From the NCBI GenBank assembly GCA_964342655.1, contig CAYFFZ010000002.1, forward strand, positions 1 to 46,857: a stretch of DNA of 46,857 nt, read 5' to 3'. Origin of the DNA: an uncultured Nitrososphaerales archaeon (GTDB taxonomy: Archaea > Thermoproteota > Nitrososphaeria > Conexivisphaerales > UBA164). The notes below the pieces were generated by a model. It searched no databases, had not been told where the DNA came from, and saw nothing but the letters and a program-made list of their open reading frames with translations. The translations under genes were made by a program, and so were the position numbers. Positions 1 to 9,394 of the stretch are shown here, one piece after another. The stretch's first letter is position 1; each line of letters opens with the position of its first letter.

Positions 1-134
1 AAATTGTAAAAATAGCCGATCATAAGAAATTTAAGCACAATATCAAAGTTCTTAAAAATGATATATAAGACATAAATAAGAAATTTTGGCGAAAAAGTTA
101 TAGGAAAGTTATTATAATCTATTTTTAGACCTCA

Positions 135-1511
135 ATGCAAAAAAATGATAAAAAAGGAAAAGAAATATTCTGGATTTCTAGTTCTTTACTGTTTGCTGTA
201 AGCATAATCATGATGTTCTACGGCATATATCAGCAAGTCGTTTTACATGTATACAAGGCTCCGCTTCTATTAGGCATCGTTGCGGGCATGCTTCTTGCCA
301 TACCGTTAGAGCTATGGAACTTTTCTGATCCTGATACGCTTTTCAGGGTAATGGCTTTTCAGGACAGGTTTCTAATGGTCTGCTTTGGCTTTGCAATAGG
401 GCTTGGAGCAATACTCCTTTATGGGCTTAATCTCTTTGTTCCACATCCAAACTTCGGCATAAAGAGCCTGTTCGTATTTGGCATAGTTCTAGGAGGGCTA
501 ATATTTGGGCTCGGTGTCGGGATTGCAGGTTACTTTCCAGGTACTGTCTGGATAGCGCTTGGACAAGGTAGAAGGGACGCAATATATGCAGTAGCTGGCG
601 GTCTTCTTGGCGCTTTTACATGGTCGGTAATTTTCGGAAATGTAAGGGGAATTCTATGGAACACGCTAAACTTCGGTCCTGTGACATGGGCTTCTTTATT
701 TGGATTGACTACAAGACCAGAGCTTTTCGCTGTAAGCGTAGTGTTTGGAATAATACTACTGATGATTTTCTTCTTCCTTCCAAGATTTCCAAAACAGCCA
801 ACAAGGCAATCCTGTGCTTACCACTTGGCGGGGGCAAACAAAGAAACAGTAAGATTTGATCAAGTCATTGACGAAGAAAAAACAAAGTATCCCAACGCAA
901 GGCCCTACATAACAAAGCTCATAAACGAAAGCAGCGTAGAAAACGCTAGATCAATAATACTCCTCGGTATAGAATTTACAATAACAGCTGTAGCTGTTAT
1001 AATACTAAGGCAGATATTCGGTGAATCGACCACGTATTCCTGGATTGGAGCACAAATATCATATTTAATTAATGCAAGGTGGGCAGCTTCAAACCCATAC
1101 TTCCAGCTCTTCGGTGGCATGCACATAGTCAACGGGGTTCCAGTAAACAACCCGTTTAGCGAAATAGGGTGGGAGCCATTTTCAGATCTTGGAACTTTCT
1201 TGGGAGGGTTGGTATCTTCCCTTTTTATCAGTAAGAGGTTTATGGGGTACAGAAAACAGGTACCATTTGTCTGGCAGCACAACTTTGGATCTTCAGAAGC
1301 AAAAAGAGCAATCGGCTCTTTTATAGGCACTTTTATGGTACTTTTTGGGGCGAGGATGGCTAACGGCTGCGCATCAGGGCATATTCTTAGCGGAAACATA
1401 CAGATGGCCGTGTCAAGCTTCCTGTTCATGATAATGGTACTGATTGGGGCATGGATAGCACTCAGGTACATAATGCACCTCAAAATAAACGCACAAGGAT
1501 ACGTAGATTAA
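135..1511 (+). CDS. YeeE/YedE-family (sulfur-compound transport-like) polytopic membrane protein with two halves joined by a hydrophilic insert
   Basis: 458-aa ORF that is hydrophobic throughout. GCASGHILSG motif in the C-terminal half and a CFGFAIG-type motif in the N-terminal half, typical of YeeE/YedE. ATG start with an AT-rich TATA-like tract about 20-27 nt upstream. Confidence 0.8.
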   Translation: MQKNDKKGKEIFWISSSLLFAVSIIMMFYGIYQQVVLHVYKAPLLLGIVAGMLLAIPLELWNFSDPDTLFRVMAFQDRFLMVCFGFAIGLGAILLYGLNLFVPHPNFGIKSLFVFGIVLGGLIFGLGVGIAGYFPGTVWIALGQGRRDAIYAVAGGLLGAFTWSVIFGNVRGILWNTLNFGPVTWASLFGLTTRPELFAVSVVFGIILLMIFFFLPRFPKQPTRQSCAYHLAGANKETVRFDQVIDEEKTKYPNARPYITKLINESSVENARSIILLGIEFTITAVAVIILRQIFGESTTYSWIGAQISYLINARWAASNPYFQLFGGMHIVNGVPVNNPFSEIGWEPFSDLGTFLGGLVSSLFISKRFMGYRKQVPFVWQHNFGSSEAKRAIGSFIGTFMVLFGARMANGCASGHILSGNIQMAVSSFLFMIMVLIGAWIALRYIMHLKINAQGYVD

Positions 1512-1516
1512 AATAA

Positions 1517-1523
1517 TTTTTTT
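1517..1523 (+). terminator. Oligo-T tract (T7) 6 nt after the YeeE-like stop codon
   Basis: TTTTTTT immediately downstream of TAA at 1509-1511. Archaeal RNA polymerase terminates at oligo-T. Confidence 0.4.
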
Positions 1524-1575
1524 GTTTATCGCATTAAGTTTATAAGCTCAGTTTATAGTTTTATTTTGAACGGGA

Positions 1576-1857
1576 TTGGAGATATCAGTAGTATCTAGAA
1601 CAGATAATTCATTAGAATTATTGCTTAAAAACGTAGATTTTTCTTTATTAAAAATAATTCAGACAAATCTTATTGATGATAAAAGGGTCAAAAACATATC
1701 TGTTAAAAGGGGCCATACTCTGACCAAAGAGGTTTACCTTTTCATATTAACAGACGGATCAGATCCAAAGCAAGTACTTAAGGACGGTATAGAAAGAGCT
1801 AAGGATATGACAAAAAGTTTAAAAGAAGAGCTAGAAAACGCTTTATCTAGACCGTAA
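1576..1857 (+). CDS. rpoL: DNA-directed RNA polymerase subunit L (Rpo11)
   Basis: 93 aa. MEISVV..NSLELLLKNVDFSLL...FILTDGSDPKQVL is collinear with archaeal RpoL. TTG start with a TATA-like AAGTTTATAAG about 30-40 nt upstream. The stop overlaps the tfs ATG (TAATG). Confidence 0.75.
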   Translation: MEISVVSRTDNSLELLLKNVDFSLLKIIQTNLIDDKRVKNISVKRGHTLTKEVYLFILTDGSDPKQVLKDGIERAKDMTKSLKEELENALSRP

Positions 1858-2198
1858 TGCCAAAATTTTGTCCTAAAGATGGAACTTTGATGAAACTAAA
1901 GAGCGAGAAGAAAGGGCAGCGCGTAGAGCTTGTTTATGTATGTCCAACATGTGGCTATACTGAAAGGTACAAAAAAGAAAAGGTTCTTGAGGAAAGAGTT
2001 TCAGCAGAAGAAGAATCGCTCAAAATAATAGATGAAAATACCGACCTTTCTGCTTTGCCAACTGTAAACGTTACATGTCCTAAATGTGGTAACAATAAAG
2101 CTTATTGGTGGATGGTACAGACTAGGTCAGCAGATGAACCTCCGACACAATTTTACAGGTGCACAAAATGCGGGTACACTTGGAGAGTTTATTCATAA
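1857..2198 (+). CDS. tfs: Transcription factor S (TFS; TFIIS/RpoM-like cleavage factor)
   Basis: 113 aa with two CxxC...CxxC zinc ribbons and the C-terminal QTRSADEP acidic loop motif of TFIIS/TFS. Confidence 0.9.
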   Translation: MPKFCPKDGTLMKLKSEKKGQRVELVYVCPTCGYTERYKKEKVLEERVSAEEESLKIIDENTDLSALPTVNVTCPKCGNNKAYWWMVQTRSADEPPTQFYRCTKCGYTWRVYS

Positions 2199-2207
2199 AT
2201 TAAATAA

Positions 2208-2213
2208 TTTTTT
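2208..2213 (+). terminator. Oligo-T tract (T6) after tfs
   Basis: TTTTTT 10 nt after the stop codon at 2196-2198. Confidence 0.35.
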
Positions 2214-2257
2214 GTAACTCTTTACTAATTTCGAATTTAGAAATTTTACCTGTTTTT

Positions 2258-2323
2258 AGGTGTAAAAAATTCACTTTGATAAAAAACTTTTTTGCAAAAA
2301 CCGGCAAAAATTTTTATACACCT
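2258..2323. repeat. Nested inverted repeat in the convergent intergenic region between tfs and the MFS gene
   Basis: AGGTGTAAAAAATT (2258-2271) pairs with AATTTTTATACACCT (2309-2323) as 7+7 bp with a 1-nt bulge. The loop contains the perfect palindrome TTTTTGCAAAAA (2289-2300). Confidence 0.5.
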
Positions 2324-2419
2324 TTGAAAATTATATTTTATGCCTTGCAAGAAAACCAAGAGTAAAAAAGAGGGTAAAGAAGAGAAAACTCAGTGAAGTT
2401 AATGAGATAAAAACAATAT

Positions 2420-3607
2420 TTATTTAGTTTTAATGTTTTCTTTTGCCCTTTTAAAAAGAAGATAGAATCCGGCAACAGAAAAACTGTACAGCGCTGCAGT
2501 AAAAAAGAAAGGCAAGTTAAGGTAACCCAACTGTATAAAGAGCCCACTTATAAAAGGCCCAAAAGACCTAGGCAGAGAATCAAAAAAGTTTATTATAGAG
2601 GAAGCAAGAGCCCTTTCGTTTTCCGGTATAAGTCCCATTATGAAGCTATTTTGTATGGGTGCAGACATATTCATCAAAAGGCTTCTTAGAACATAAAAAA
2701 CCCCAGCAAGATAGTAAAAAGGCATAAAGGGCATTGCTATTAGTATAGCTACAGAAGCGGCTTCAGTGTACACTATTGTCTTGATTTCACCCATTGCGTT
2801 TGCCATGGAAGGCGTTACAAGGCTTGCAATTGCTGTTAAAAACTGAGTCATTGAAAAAAGAGGTCCTAGAACGTTAACATTTGTATTATATCTAAGATAA
2901 AACCACAAAGGAAAAATTCGCACAAGAACCCCAGCACCGAGTCCTATCATTCCGAGTACTGATAGTCTTATAACAATCTTTCGCGAGGTCTTAGGGAATA
3001 GCACAATATTCCCCGTGTGGCCACGGTAACGCTCTTGTATTTTTAAAATTGGCAATAAAGAAACAAGAGAACCTACAAAGGCTATTATATAAAGAACTCT
3101 ATACGAATTAACTAAAGAAAGCTGAAGAAATTTTGATAGATAAGGCGGTAACGCTCCCACCAACATTCCCGCTGAGGAAGCGATTCCACTTATAAAGCTT
3201 GAAAACGCAAAAACGGAATTTCTTGTTGCTTCTTCGCTCTTTTCAGTCAAAAGGGCCATATAGCTTGATCCCGAATTAGCAAAAGCAATACCCATTAAAG
3301 ATACAGCAAGAAGAATTTCAAAAAAGCCTGTAAAGATCGTCAACAAAACAAATGCAACAGAAGAAATAACTCTAGCAAGGACTATAAAATTTTTTCTCCC
3401 GTACTTATCAGAAAGCGACCCTATAGGTAGCATAAGCAACGCACCTATGAACGTATTAAAAGTTAGTATTACCCCTATTTGAAAAGGGTTGTAACCTATC
3501 TGATCCAGATAAACAGGGAAGTCAACCCACATAAAACCTTGGGTTAAACCAATTATAAAAGAAGAATAGATGAGAAGCCTGGCATCGCCGCTTATCTTCC
3601 AGTTCAC
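2420..3607 (-). CDS. MFS-family transporter
   Basis: 395 aa with about 12 predicted TM segments and an LSDKYGRK motif in the TM2-3 loop (MFS signature). GTG start. Confidence 0.8.
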   Translation of the reverse strand: MNWKISGDARLLIYSSFIIGLTQGFMWVDFPVYLDQIGYNPFQIGVILTFNTFIGALLMLPIGSLSDKYGRKNFIVLARVISSVAFVLLTIFTGFFEILLAVSLMGIAFANSGSSYMALLTEKSEEATRNSVFAFSSFISGIASSAGMLVGALPPYLSKFLQLSLVNSYRVLYIIAFVGSLVSLLPILKIQERYRGHTGNIVLFPKTSRKIVIRLSVLGMIGLGAGVLVRIFPLWFYLRYNTNVNVLGPLFSMTQFLTAIASLVTPSMANAMGEIKTIVYTEAASVAILIAMPFMPFYYLAGVFYVLRSLLMNMSAPIQNSFIMGLIPENERALASSIINFFDSLPRSFGPFISGLFIQLGYLNLPFFFTAALYSFSVAGFYLLFKRAKENIKTK

Positions 3608-3694
3608 ATATATCGATCCATTTTTGATAATATAAACAATGATGCAAAACTTGCATTAAAAAGATAAATAATATTGATCGATAAAAATCTTAAA

Positions 3695-4234
3695 ATGAGC
3701 GTCCTAACTCATGACATAATTTTAGATAGCATTAGAAAAAAAGAGCTCTTAATAGAACCATTTGATGAAAGCATAGTAAGAGAAAATGGAATAGATCTAA
3801 GAGTTGGATACGAATATGCGCAATACGCTTTTTCAAACCAAATAGTAGATCCTTGTGAAATTGAGAATTCTTCAGGCCTTTTTAAGATAGTAGAGGCAAA
3901 GGACTCTAGAATTCCGGTTCCGCCTAACAGCTTTGTCCTGCTAACAACTCTTGAACGGGTAAAGCTGTCAGACAGCTTAGTAGGTTTTTGTAACTTAAGG
4001 TCAACTCTTGCAAGGTATGGTTTATCGATGAGTCCCACCATCATAGACGTTGGTTTTGAAGGTAATATAACTATAGAAATCATAAACACGAGCGGGAATT
4101 ATATAGTTTTGAGGCCTGGAATGAGGTTCCTTCATGTAATACTCGTCAGGGCAGAAGGAAAATACAGCTATAAAGGGAGTTATCTTAAGCAAAAAGGCGT
4201 TACAATACCAAAGGGCATGAAGGGGGAATGTTAA
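3695..4234 (+). CDS. dcd: dCTP deaminase family enzyme (possibly bifunctional dCTP deaminase/dUTPase)
   Basis: MSVLTHDIILDSI...NGIDLRVG...GFEGNITIEIIN is typical of Dcd. The ORF track begins at TTG 3674, but the ATG at 3695 sits 25-33 nt after a GATAAATAA TATA-like box. Confidence 0.85.
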   Translation: MSVLTHDIILDSIRKKELLIEPFDESIVRENGIDLRVGYEYAQYAFSNQIVDPCEIENSSGLFKIVEAKDSRIPVPPNSFVLLTTLERVKLSDSLVGFCNLRSTLARYGLSMSPTIIDVGFEGNITIEIINTSGNYIVLRPGMRFLHVILVRAEGKYSYKGSYLKQKGVTIPKGMKGEC

Positions 4235-4256
4235 ATTCCTTCTAATCTTGTATAAC

Positions 4257-5540
4257 TTACAAATGCTTCGGTTTATCCAAGAGATCTTTTTCTTCTTTTT
4301 CTAATACATATAAGAACATTCCCGCAATTATTGTAATAGAACCGATGTATAGAGCTTGTGTACCTAACGCCAGCATAACAAGTATAGAAAGCAGTATTGA
4401 AATTATCTGCACATAAGGATAAAGTGGGGAATTGAAAGGACCTTCGATCTTCCTTTTTCTTACAATATAAACGGCAAGCCCGGTAATTGCATATGAGAAT
4501 ATAACGCCAAAATTTGAAGCAAGTGCTATGTATTGTATATTTCCTAGAAATACAGAAATTATCGCAATGGTTCCAATAAGCAAAACAGCCCGCCTAGGAG
4601 AATCTTCTTTGCCAAGTGTTTTTGGAAGTAGCCCATCGTCGCTCATCTGTAAAAGAGTTCTTGAACCTGCAACTATAAGTGAAAGCGTCACGGTAACTGT
4701 TGCCACAATAGCGATTATGCCGATTATTTGATCTGTAAATAATGGAGCTTTAGAAAAGTTAAGCGCTTCTAAAAGAGGATCCGCGGTTACAGAGTATAAC
4801 TTCCATGGCATTAACGCTAGCATCCCTGCAACAACTAGAAGGTAAAGGAACGTGCTTATCCCAAGTGAAAAGATTATAGCTTTCGGAGCGTTTTTTCTGC
4901 CATTAACTATTTCAGGAGTAAGCGTAGCTACAGTGTTAAAACCTGAATAGGCAAAAAATGCCAATGAAGCGGACTGTATTATGCTAAAATATCCTTTGGG
5001 AATTAACGGAGTGAACCTTGTTGGAACCCACTTCCCATAAATTAATGAAAGAATAATAAACATGACAAGCCCGCCAGCTGTTATAACGACTAAAACTTCT
5101 TCTATCTCTGCAACAACTCTTATTCCAACATAGTTAAGGAAAACGGCAAAGGTCATGAGTATTATGGCGAGTAATGTTTCATAGCTTATAGATGAAATAC
5201 CAAGCATAGTTAAAAGGTAAGATGAAAATCCGAGCGCTACAGCGGAAGTTGCGATCGCGTAAGAGATCGCTCTAAGCCACCCGACGATGAATCCCATTGC
5301 CTCACCCATAGTCTCTTTTGCGAAAGAGTAAAGCCCACCGTGGGAAACTATCTTCGATGAAAGCTCAGCGCTATTTAACGCAACTGTTACCGCAAGAACA
5401 GCCGTGAGCAAAAAAGATATGATAGCGCCAGGTCCTGCTTGATATATTACAGAACCCGCTAACACAAATATCCCAGCCCCTATTATGTTTCCAAGCCCTA
5501 TCGCTGTTGCTTGCCAAAGGCTTATTGACCTTTTGCTCAA
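4257..5540 (-). CDS. APC-superfamily amino acid/polyamine permease
   Basis: 427 aa with 12 TM segments. N-terminal GLGNIIGAGIFVLAG motif characteristic of amino acid permeases. TTG start. Confidence 0.85.
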   Translation of the reverse strand: MSKRSISLWQATAIGLGNIIGAGIFVLAGSVIYQAGPGAIISFLLTAVLAVTVALNSAELSSKIVSHGGLYSFAKETMGEAMGFIVGWLRAISYAIATSAVALGFSSYLLTMLGISSISYETLLAIILMTFAVFLNYVGIRVVAEIEEVLVVITAGGLVMFIILSLIYGKWVPTRFTPLIPKGYFSIIQSASLAFFAYSGFNTVATLTPEIVNGRKNAPKAIIFSLGISTFLYLLVVAGMLALMPWKLYSVTADPLLEALNFSKAPLFTDQIIGIIAIVATVTVTLSLIVAGSRTLLQMSDDGLLPKTLGKEDSPRRAVLLIGTIAIISVFLGNIQYIALASNFGVIFSYAITGLAVYIVRKRKIEGPFNSPLYPYVQIISILLSILVMLALGTQALYIGSITIIAGMFLYVLEKEEKDLLDKPKHL

Positions 5541-5587
5541 TATATTATCTTATTAGCATAAAGATAAAAATTTAACATTTTAAAAAC

Positions 5588-5663
5588 TGGGGCCGGTGGG
5601 ATTTGAACCCACGACCGCCAGCGCCCCAGGCTGGCATCCTAGACCAGGCTAGACGACGGCCCC
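5588..5663 (-). tRNA. tRNA-Pro (anticodon GGG)
   Basis: The reverse complement folds as a cloverleaf: GGGGCCG TC GTCT AGCCTGGTCTA GGAT G CCAGC CTGGGGC GCTGG CGGTC GTGGG TTCAAAT CCCAC CGGCCCC A. The 7-bp acceptor stem is perfect, a TTCAAAT T-loop is present, and no CCA is encoded. A TTTAAA box lies about 30 nt upstream. Confidence 0.9.
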
Positions 5664-5890
5664 CTAACGCTTAATTGTTTAATTTAGGTTTAAATCCTTA
5701 ACTAATTTAACAAGCGGAGTTTTAGCATATAGTGTTTTATGATTTTAAAAAATAAAAGCCCGTATGTTATAGTAAACTTGAAACACAACTTCGAATAAAT
5801 GCACAATTACTTAACTTAAAGAAAAACATATGACAATAAATTATATTTTGGAAACAAAAAACTTATAAATTATTATTATAAAATACACTA

Positions 5891-6115
5891 ATGCAAGAAA
5901 ACGCTAAAAATAACGGCGTTTTCTACAAAATAATTGCCATAATTCTGATGATAATTCCCTGGATAGCCTACCTCTGGATTAGTTCTTATAACAAAGTTCA
6001 GCCAACACTGTTCGGTATAACCTTCTTTTACTGGTACCAGACGTTATGGCTTCTAATTTCGTCAATTTTCTATGCAGTTGCAGCATACCTAATTTATAGA
6101 GGTGAAAAAGAATGA
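5891..6115 (+). CDS. Small 2-TM membrane protein (DUF3311-like partner of a solute:sodium symporter)
   Basis: 74 aa with two TM helices. It overlaps the downstream SSS gene by 4 nt (ATGA), the usual pairing for DUF3311 plus SSS. A CTTATAAAT TATA box lies 21-30 nt upstream. Confidence 0.6.
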   Translation: MQENAKNNGVFYKIIAIILMIIPWIAYLWISSYNKVQPTLFGITFFYWYQTLWLLISSIFYAVAAYLIYRGEKE

Positions 6116-7644
6116 TAGGCATTTTCGGATGGATAACTTTCATAATTCTCTTTTTATTCTTCACCTTTCTAGGTTTTTACGGTGCAAGATGGAGAAGGGG
6201 GGACCTTAGCAAGCTCCACGAATGGGCACTTGCAGGAAGAAGACTTGGGGCCTTTCTTGCTTGGTTCCTAATAGGGGCTGACGTCTACACAGCGTATACT
6301 TTTGTAGCTGTACCTTCAGGTATGTTTGCCTCTGGAGCTCTTTACTTTTATGCAGTTCCTTATGTAGCAACAACTTTTATGGTAGCAATGGTCACGATGC
6401 CTAGGCTCTGGCAGTGGTCTAGGGAAAAAGGTTACGTTACAGCAGCCGACATGGTAGAGGATCGGTTTAACAGTAAAGTGTTAGCTGGACTCGTTGCAAT
6501 TACAGGAATAGTAGCAGAACTGCCTTACATAGCTTTGCAAATAGTGGGGATGCAGGCGGTTCTTGGAGTAATGCTTCTCGGGATTACAAGCAACGTAAAG
6601 CTAGTAAGCGATGTTGCCCTTACAGTCTCATTCGTTATACTGGCAGCTTTTACTTTTACTAGCGGACTAAGAGGGGCAACTCTTGGAGCTGTTCTCAAGG
6701 ATATCCTTATTTTCATTTCTGTGATCTCTCTTATAATTATTATACCTTTAAAGTTCGGAGGCTTTTCATCGGCTTTTTCTGATGCCCAGAGCTTTGCCTC
6801 TGCATTAGCAGCTAAACACATTGCATGGCTTTCAACGGGAATAACTTATCTGAAGCCTTTGCCAGCGCTTGAAGCTGGATACACTACTTTATGGGTAGGA
6901 AGCACCTTTGCGCTTTTCCTCTATCCGCATTCAATAAACGGCTCTCTCAGCGCTTCTGGTAAGAAACAACTCGCAATAAGCGACGCTTTCCTTCCTATTT
7001 ATGGAATAGGACTAGCTCTCTTAGCCCTTCTAGGGCTTCTAGCATATTCTGATAAAGCGGCTATGAGTTTATTAAGCAAGTTTCCACTATCTTCTATGGG
7101 TATATATTCAATACCAGCCCTTGCAGTGTCAACGCTTCCAGATTGGTTTGCTGGCATAGTGTTGCTGGGAATATTCATTGGAGGCCTTGTTCCTGCAGCT
7201 ATAATGGCCATAGCTCAGGCAAACCTGCTTACAAGAAACATAATAAAACCGATTAAGCCTCAGATAAAGCCAGAAACTGAGACGAGAATATCAAAATGGG
7301 CCTCTGTGATTTTCAAGTTCACTGCATTAGGTTTTGTTTTTGTTGTGCCTGCAACATATGCAATACAGCTACAGCTTTTAGGCGGCATAATAATACTCCA
7401 AACTTTGCCTCCAGTATTTTTGGGCCTTGTCACAAGAAAGCTTAACAAATACGCCCTTATGGCAGGGCTCATAGCTGGAATGGCTTCTGGAATCTACCTT
7501 GTAGAGGTGGCAAACAAATTTGGGCCACTTACGACCAGCCTTTATCACATGGGAGGATATATGATATGGATAGGAATAATCGCGTTAGCCATAAATCTTA
7601 CAGTTACAGTAATATTCAGTTTGCCAACGCTGATCAAAAAGTAA
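6112..7644 (+). CDS. Sodium:solute symporter (SSS) family transporter
   Basis: 510 aa with about 13 TM segments. The N-terminal region GRRLGAFLAWFLIGADVYTAYTF is typical of the SSS family. Confidence 0.85.
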   Translation: MIGIFGWITFIILFLFFTFLGFYGARWRRGDLSKLHEWALAGRRLGAFLAWFLIGADVYTAYTFVAVPSGMFASGALYFYAVPYVATTFMVAMVTMPRLWQWSREKGYVTAADMVEDRFNSKVLAGLVAITGIVAELPYIALQIVGMQAVLGVMLLGITSNVKLVSDVALTVSFVILAAFTFTSGLRGATLGAVLKDILIFISVISLIIIIPLKFGGFSSAFSDAQSFASALAAKHIAWLSTGITYLKPLPALEAGYTTLWVGSTFALFLYPHSINGSLSASGKKQLAISDAFLPIYGIGLALLALLGLLAYSDKAAMSLLSKFPLSSMGIYSIPALAVSTLPDWFAGIVLLGIFIGGLVPAAIMAIAQANLLTRNIIKPIKPQIKPETETRISKWASVIFKFTALGFVFVVPATYAIQLQLLGGIIILQTLPPVFLGLVTRKLNKYALMAGLIAGMASGIYLVEVANKFGPLTTSLYHMGGYMIWIGIIALAINLTVTVIFSLPTLIKK

Positions 7645-7830
7645 TTTATATCCTATTTTTATAAACCGAAAATATTTTTTTAAAATATTTTTACATTGTT
7701 TTTTATTAATAAAAAATATTGTATAACGCGTGCTTTATCAAGATATATAGCAAATCTTAAACCGCTAAAATCGATTTATCAAGCCGATTTAAGAAAGAAA
7801 AACTTTTAACCGCAAGCGCTAAAAAGATTT

Positions 7831-9276
7831 ATGTTAAAGCCAGTTTTTGTAAGCGAAAAAGGTTTAGCCACTAGCGAGCATGCTTTATCAACTATAACGG
7901 CCATTGAGGTTTTAAAGAAAGGGGGTAACGCTATAGATGCTTCAGTAGCCATGTCGTTTGCCTTAGCTGTAGTTCAACCCGCTCTGAACGGTCTTGGTGG
8001 GGATTTTATGGCAATGATATACAAAGAAGGCGAAATAAGTTTCATAAACGGATCTGGTTGGGCCCCAGAAGATCTAAGCAAAACTATAAAAGAACGGGGA
8101 TTCTCTGAAATACCGAGATACGGTCCATTATCTCCAGTAGTTCCTGGAATGGTTTATGGGGTTTATGAAATGTGGAAAAAGTACGGAAGCCTTGAGTGGG
8201 GAGAGCTTTTAAAAACACCAGCCGAGATTGCAGAAAAAGGTGTTCCCGTCACAAGTAAAATGTTGGCTACAATAAAAGAAATGCTTTCTGGCTATCACGA
8301 CAGTGTTACAGGAAAAATTTACAACAAAAACCTCTGGGAAAGGATCAGGCTAACAGGTTTGGCGAAATCGATAAAAGGGATAGCTGAGAACGGGCCCGAG
8401 TTTTTTTATAACGAAATAGCAAGTGGTTTATCTGAATACGTTCAGGAAATGGGCGGCGTTCTGAAAGAACATGATTTTAAAAACTATAGGCCAGAGTTTT
8501 CTGAACCTTTGAAGCTAGATTATAAAGGATACACAATATATGAGTCACCTCCAAACAGTCAAGGCATAACAACGCTCTTAATACTTAACGCATTTAAGGA
8601 AAAGAAAGTAAATTTTGACAAAAAAGGGTTAGAAGAAATATTAAATGTATACAAAAGGGCTTATGGTTTAAGAGACAAATACGTTGGGGACCCAAGATTT
8701 GTAAGTGTTCCAGTAGAAAAGATTATGAAAGAATCCGTTTCCCTTTCAGAAACAGAGCTGAAAGACGGCGATACAACGAATTTTGTAATTTCGGACAAAC
8801 AAGGCAATGTAGTTTCTGGCATACAAAGCTTGTATCACTTATATGGTTCAAGAATAACTCACCCTGATTACATGATAACGCTAAACAATCGAGCGAGCGA
8901 CTTTAAGCTCAGTGGACCCAATTCTTTGCTGCCTCATAAAAGACCGCTTCACACCCTTTCATCTGTAATTGCTACCAAAGACGGAGAGATATCTTTTGCT
9001 TTTGGAATAAGCGGAGCCCATTACAGACCTCAACAGCATTTTCTTATCATAACTAATATTGTCGAAAGAGGCATGAACATAGGCGATGCGATAGAATCTC
9101 CTCGGTTTCTATGGGATGGGCATGAAGTATTCGCAGAAGAAGGTGTTGAATTTGTTGAAAAGAAGGTAAAATATCCAGGCCCTACAGGTGTAGGGCATGG
9201 AATACAGTTTATAAACGAAGAAAAAATAGCGTATGCAGATATAAGAGGAGAAGGGATAGCTTTAGGAGAATACTAA
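7831..9276 (+). CDS. ggt: Gamma-glutamyltransferase family protein with no signal peptide
   Basis: 481 aa. NAIDA..VA....AVVQP and GLGGD motifs are present, and the autoprocessing Thr lies in DGDTTNFVISDKQGN. Confidence 0.85.
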   Translation: MLKPVFVSEKGLATSEHALSTITAIEVLKKGGNAIDASVAMSFALAVVQPALNGLGGDFMAMIYKEGEISFINGSGWAPEDLSKTIKERGFSEIPRYGPLSPVVPGMVYGVYEMWKKYGSLEWGELLKTPAEIAEKGVPVTSKMLATIKEMLSGYHDSVTGKIYNKNLWERIRLTGLAKSIKGIAENGPEFFYNEIASGLSEYVQEMGGVLKEHDFKNYRPEFSEPLKLDYKGYTIYESPPNSQGITTLLILNAFKEKKVNFDKKGLEEILNVYKRAYGLRDKYVGDPRFVSVPVEKIMKESVSLSETELKDGDTTNFVISDKQGNVVSGIQSLYHLYGSRITHPDYMITLNNRASDFKLSGPNSLLPHKRPLHTLSSVIATKDGEISFAFGISGAHYRPQQHFLIITNIVERGMNIGDAIESPRFLWDGHEVFAEEGVEFVEKKVKYPGPTGVGHGIQFINEEKIAYADIRGEGIALGEY

Positions 9277-9394
9277 AGCGAAAATAGTTCCAAAGTAATA
9301 TAATTAACTTTAAAAAAGAGTTTTCAAAAACCTTCAGCTTTAGATTAAAGATAAAAATTAAATTAAAATCTAAGCATAAAAATCTATAAACAAA

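Noticed and set aside
905-1483. 192-aa minus-strand ORF, plus the 79-aa ORF at 620-859, inside the YeeE-like gene
   Set aside because: Both are fully nested within, or antisense to, a 458-aa ORF with clear family motifs. Their translations are Cys/Pro/Ile-rich with no motif. These are typical shadow ORFs.
5541-5890. tRNA-Pro as an integration hotspot, meaning an adjacent genomic island or mobile element
   Set aside because: There is no integrase, no repeat of the tRNA 3' half and no abrupt change in gene content. The flanks encode ordinary transporters.
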